Below, in pieces: positions 17,914-20,000 of a DNA stretch of 20,000 nt. Position numbers and translations under genes: made by a program. The stretch is from an uncultured virus (IMG/VR IMGVR_UViG_3300037991_003250) (Duplodnaviria > Heunggongvirae > Uroviricota > Caudoviricetes), in IMG/VR virus record IMGVR_UViG_3300037991_003250. The stretch is one strand, 5' to 3'. The notes under the pieces are model-generated. The model was not told the DNA's origin and did not search any database. It saw only the letters and a program-made list of their open reading frames with translations. Numbering within the stretch: position 1 is the first letter of the stretch; each line of letters opens with the position of its first letter.

Positions 17914-17941
17914 GGGGCTACGGGATCGATCTCGTAGCCCC
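17914..17941 (+). terminator. Hairpin preceded by TTGTAAC, with GATCGATC at the apex and no T-run
   Basis: GGGGCTACGGGAT pairs with ATCTCGTAGCCCC; abuts promoter copy 7. Confidence 0.6.
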
Positions 17942-17942
17942 A

Positions 17943-17990
17943 AAACATCACCGCTAAAAGAGTTAAATAGAAGAAAATCGAGGATTAAAT
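17943..17990 (+). promoter_or_regulatory. Conserved promoter cassette copy 7 (CATCACCGCTAAAAG-AGTTAAATA)
   Basis: CATC 17946 to ATG 17991 = 45 nt. Confidence 0.85.
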
Positions 17991-18006
17991 ATGAGAGGGA
18001 ATAAAC

Positions 18007-18534
18007 ATGACTGAATCATTTATTGGAAGACTGACTGACGAAATATATAGCGACACATTAGGCCGCTCTTACGCGCTGGCCTATTGGATGAACGCCACCA
18101 ATGGCGACTTCGCAAGAGAAGCATATGGTGAAAGCATACACCACGAATGGGGGAAGGTGGATTTAGAAGGCACTTGTTCTGATGATGCCGACACAATTTT
18201 TACGACCAATATGGGCGAGTATATTGTTCTTCGCGGAGATGAAGCATATCAAAAGGCTACGGAATACATTGAGGACACCCTATATGCGTTTAATAGCCAT
18301 TTCTTAGCGGGTTATACGGGCGTTGATGAATCGGTGTTTGAGCAATTATCTCAACAATATGAAAGTGCAAATCCGGCGGTTCGTTCATTGATAGAAGCCA
18401 ACGGTGGTTTAGAGGGCTTTGTTGGTGAGGCGATTGCCGCCGATGGTTTAGGGCATTTCATATCGTTTTATGACGGCGAAGAACATCAAATGATTATCGG
18501 TAGTAAAGCATGGAGTATCTTTAGGGTGAATTGA
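18007..18534 (+). CDS. Highly acidic phage protein
   Basis: 175 aa, very few K/R; FVGEAIAADGLGHFISFYDGEE resembles a recurrent phage early-protein motif. Confidence 0.8.
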   Translation: MTESFIGRLTDEIYSDTLGRSYALAYWMNATNGDFAREAYGESIHHEWGKVDLEGTCSDDADTIFTTNMGEYIVLRGDEAYQKATEYIEDTLYAFNSHFLAGYTGVDESVFEQLSQQYESANPAVRSLIEANGGLEGFVGEAIAADGLGHFISFYDGEEHQMIIGSKAWSIFRVN

Positions 18535-19229
18535 ACATGACTAATTATTACTTAGGCGACCCCTGTTATGTCTTATCGGAACACAATGACCCCGAAGATA
18601 GATTATGGAAGGCATTTCTAAAACCGTATTTTGCGAGGACTGATCTTTACCGTGAAAAAAAAGAGCAACCGCGTTATCCAATGTATTTCACATACAATGA
18701 AAACGATGGTAATTTTTACTTCGCATATCAAGACGAACCCGAAGAAAACAGGATCGAATTGTGGGATAGTCCGTTTGGAGATGGTTGTTGGACTTATGCT
18801 AACTCCGTCTTCGGTATGGAGAATTGGATTTGTGGGCGTGAGATACCCGTTGATGCTGGTTTGATAGCGGTTGTGCCGGTATCAATCCTTGAACAAATAC
18901 ATGGTTTTGATTTAGGGGGTATAGGCAGTCCACTTGACGACTACGGTATGCTTTTCTCAACAAAGCCCGAAATCGCAACAGGCGAATATTTAGACGGAAA
19001 TGTTATCGTTCAAGGATATTCACCGGATGGGTTCGATGAATGTTCAAATTGCGGGTGTATCAAGCACGAACAAGATATGGAATACTGCGACACCTGCGGT
19101 GAAGAAGGTTGCTACGATTGCTTCAATTGTGAATGTATGTGGTGCGTTTTGTGCAGAACACAGGTCGAATCAAATTATTATAACCATAGAAAGGATTGTT
19201 GCCTTGATTGTGTAGGTGAGGAAGAATGA
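18531..19229 (+). CDS. GDPCYV-type phage protein with Cys-rich C-terminal domain
   Basis: YYLGDPCYV, GDG, IPVDAGLIAVVP, then multiple CxxC. Start may be ATG 18537. Confidence 0.8.
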   Translation: MNMTNYYLGDPCYVLSEHNDPEDRLWKAFLKPYFARTDLYREKKEQPRYPMYFTYNENDGNFYFAYQDEPEENRIELWDSPFGDGCWTYANSVFGMENWICGREIPVDAGLIAVVPVSILEQIHGFDLGGIGSPLDDYGMLFSTKPEIATGEYLDGNVIVQGYSPDGFDECSNCGCIKHEQDMEYCDTCGEEGCYDCFNCECMWCVLCRTQVESNYYNHRKDCCLDCVGEEE

Positions 19230-19366
19230 TTTTTGATAATTACGGGCGCAACGATTTAACCGAAATAGATTGCGTTAATTGGTTTAACGCAACCTTAGTA
19301 TTATTTGATTCGGAAATGGAAGCGGTCTATGAGTGGATTCATCGTATGAGGGGTGATGTTGAATGA
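19226..19366 (+). CDS. Small hypothetical protein, 46 aa (MIFDNYGRNDLTEIDCVNW...)
   Basis: ATGA overlaps at both ends with GGTGA SD sites; not in ORF track. Confidence 0.65.
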   Translation: MIFDNYGRNDLTEIDCVNWFNATLVLFDSEMEAVYEWIHRMRGDVE

Positions 19367-20000
19367 AATTAAAAATCTTTGAAGGGTTTGCTGGCGCAAG
19401 CGGGCATCCTAAAATTGAAGCCGGTTGGACTAAAGAAGCGAGAAAGAGAGGGCATATCGTGAAATTGGGTGAATTAGAAAACCTATGGTATGAGCCAGAT
19501 CTTCACGGCGACATATTAGATTTTACCGCTCAAGATATTCTTAATTTGTTTGATGGAGAACCGCCCGATGTGTGTTGCTTTTCGCCACCATGCGAAGGAT
19601 TCTCTATCGCTGGTGCGATTAGTAGCAATTGGTCGGATTGGGATAAGGAAAAAAAGGATAATTTTAATCGTGCAAGATGGAACAAAGATTATGATTATTT
19701 TAACCAACCAAATGTCGGGCCGACTCCCACATCAGAAAGATCGATAAAAGGCCGTGAATTGCTTTTGCATACTCTAAAAATCATAGATGATTTGTTGGAG
19801 ATAAACCCGTTCATGCTTTACTTCATAGAGAATCCCACAGGTATGATGAGATACCAGCCGGAGTTAGCGAAGCGTTTTGATTTACTACCACCGTTTGAGC
19901 AGGGATTAGGGCCGAGCGAAACGCTCGCACCTTCTCCTTCTATTACCCATTCGTCTTACGCTGGCCCGTTGTCTAAATTGATATGCGGGCGCGAAGGACA
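19363..20000 (+). CDS. C5 cytosine DNA methyltransferase (partial, runs off the window)
   Basis: Manual translation MKLKIFEGFAGASG (motif I), GDI, PDVCCFSPPCEGFS (motif IV), FIENP (motif VI); missed by the ORF track because it has no stop in the window. Confidence 0.88.
   Translation, partial: MKLKIFEGFAGASGHPKIEAGWTKEARKRGHIVKLGELENLWYEPDLHGDILDFTAQDILNLFDGEPPDVCCFSPPCEGFSIAGAISSNWSDWDKEKKDNFNRARWNKDYDYFNQPNVGPTPTSERSIKGRELLLHTLKIIDDLLEINPFMLYFIENPTGMMRYQPELAKRFDLLPPFEQGLGPSETLAPSPSITHSSYAGPLSKLICGREG

Noticed and set aside
13088..17990. GATCACCGCTAAAAG copies as CRISPR or transposon repeats
   Set aside because: They are separated by whole genes and fixed at 45 nt before ATG with a TATA box, which fits promoters.
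7345..19747. Shadow ORFs (7345, 8177, 8292, 8810, 9441, 11426, 12264, 13264, 14395, 14469, 16287, 16626, 18631, 19000, 19516, 19550)
   Set aside because: They overlap better-supported genes or translate repeat DNA (11426); 19516 and 19550 lie within the MTase gene.

Overview
Window of a head-tailed dsDNA virus of archaea. TATA boxes about 30 nt before ATG and GGTGA Shine-Dalgarno sites point to a euryarchaeal host; the gene content suggests a magrovirus-like virus of Marine Group II/Poseidoniales (inference, not searched). Positions 1-7560 hold the packaging and head module: partial capsid-associated gene, modular prohead protease/scaffold, membrane proteins and portal on the minus strand, and a metallophosphoesterase and terminase large subunit on the plus strand. 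A GC-rich non-coding candidate terminus/pac segment follows (7560-7875). The rest is an early/accessory region of small acidic or Cys-rich ORFs, a DUF932-like gene and a partial C5 DNA methyltransferase. The most striking feature is about 70 copies (hand count) of GTTACAA/TTGTAAC, nearly all in the intergenic spaces of the early region. Their orientation tracks the neighbouring genes, and they are interleaved with GATC sites that are scarce in coding DNA. They occur with hairpin terminators and a 7-copy promoter cassette (GATCACCGCTAAAAG-TATA) lying exactly 45 nt before an ATG. The promoter spacing corrects several ORF-track starts and reveals small ORFs the track missed. All family assignments are from motif recognition only.
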